Assembly: GCA_963805625.1 (NCBI GenBank)
Contig: CAWDVE010000010.1
Location: 896,001-960,000, forward strand
Direction of reading: 5' to 3'
Source: an uncultured Candidatus Rokubacteria bacterium
GTDB lineage: Bacteria; Methylomirabilota; Methylomirabilia; Rokubacteriales; DASRDR01
Length of the DNA stretch: 64,000 nucleotides
The notes under the pieces were generated by a model. That model had not been told where the DNA came from and ran no database searches. It saw only the letters and a list, made by a program, of their open reading frames with translations. Below are positions 63,930-64,000 of the stretch, in pieces (positions within the stretch are counted from its first letter, which is position 1; the number at the start of each line of letters is the position of its first letter). Position numbers and translations under genes: made by a program.

Positions 63930-64000
63930 TCCTCGTGGTTCGGGGTTGCGACGGATCCGACATCAGGGGTCGTCGGGCATTCTAGCCCACCTTGGCGCGC

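Noticed and set aside
1-64000. Many long overlapping or antisense ORFs (e.g. 13280..15241, 27454..29490, 45029..47638, 53968..56511)
   Set aside because: These are shadow frames expected in high-GC DNA. They are Arg/Pro/Gly/Ala-rich or mirror real genes and carry no family motifs.
1-64000. CRISPR array, tRNA/rRNA, IS element, integron attC array or prophage
   Set aside because: By eye I saw no regularly spaced repeats, tRNA arms, transposase, integrase or phage genes. A covariance-model scan was not possible.

Overview
A very GC-rich (roughly 70% by eye) bacterial chromosome segment, densely coding, with about 55 apparently intact genes. Most are catabolic enzymes: hydrolases, oxidoreductases, two molybdopterin enzymes, two enolase-superfamily paralogs, PLP enzymes and peptidases. 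Transporters include peptide-type, sulfonate/nitrate-type and polar amino-acid ABC systems, three MFS proteins and a TAXI-type receptor. I saw no rRNA, tRNA, CRISPR array, integrase or transposase. The gene style resembles soil Rokubacteria/Methylomirabilota, but this is inference only. I found no unambiguous new multi-gene system. The most notable signals are: (i) a TetR-type operator-like motif present both in the tetR promoter and inside the coding sequence of the downstream hydrolase; (ii) repeated leaderless -10/start-codon architecture; (iii) many gene stumps (DJ-1/PfpI, hsdR, rtcB, two EamA, DUF169, F420-dependent nitroreductase) between intact genes; (iv) a PhnY-like dioxygenase without PhnZ; (v) an orphan TAXI receptor with two membrane anchors. 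Family calls come from motif recognition by eye, not database searches, and many start codons were moved from the ORF track.
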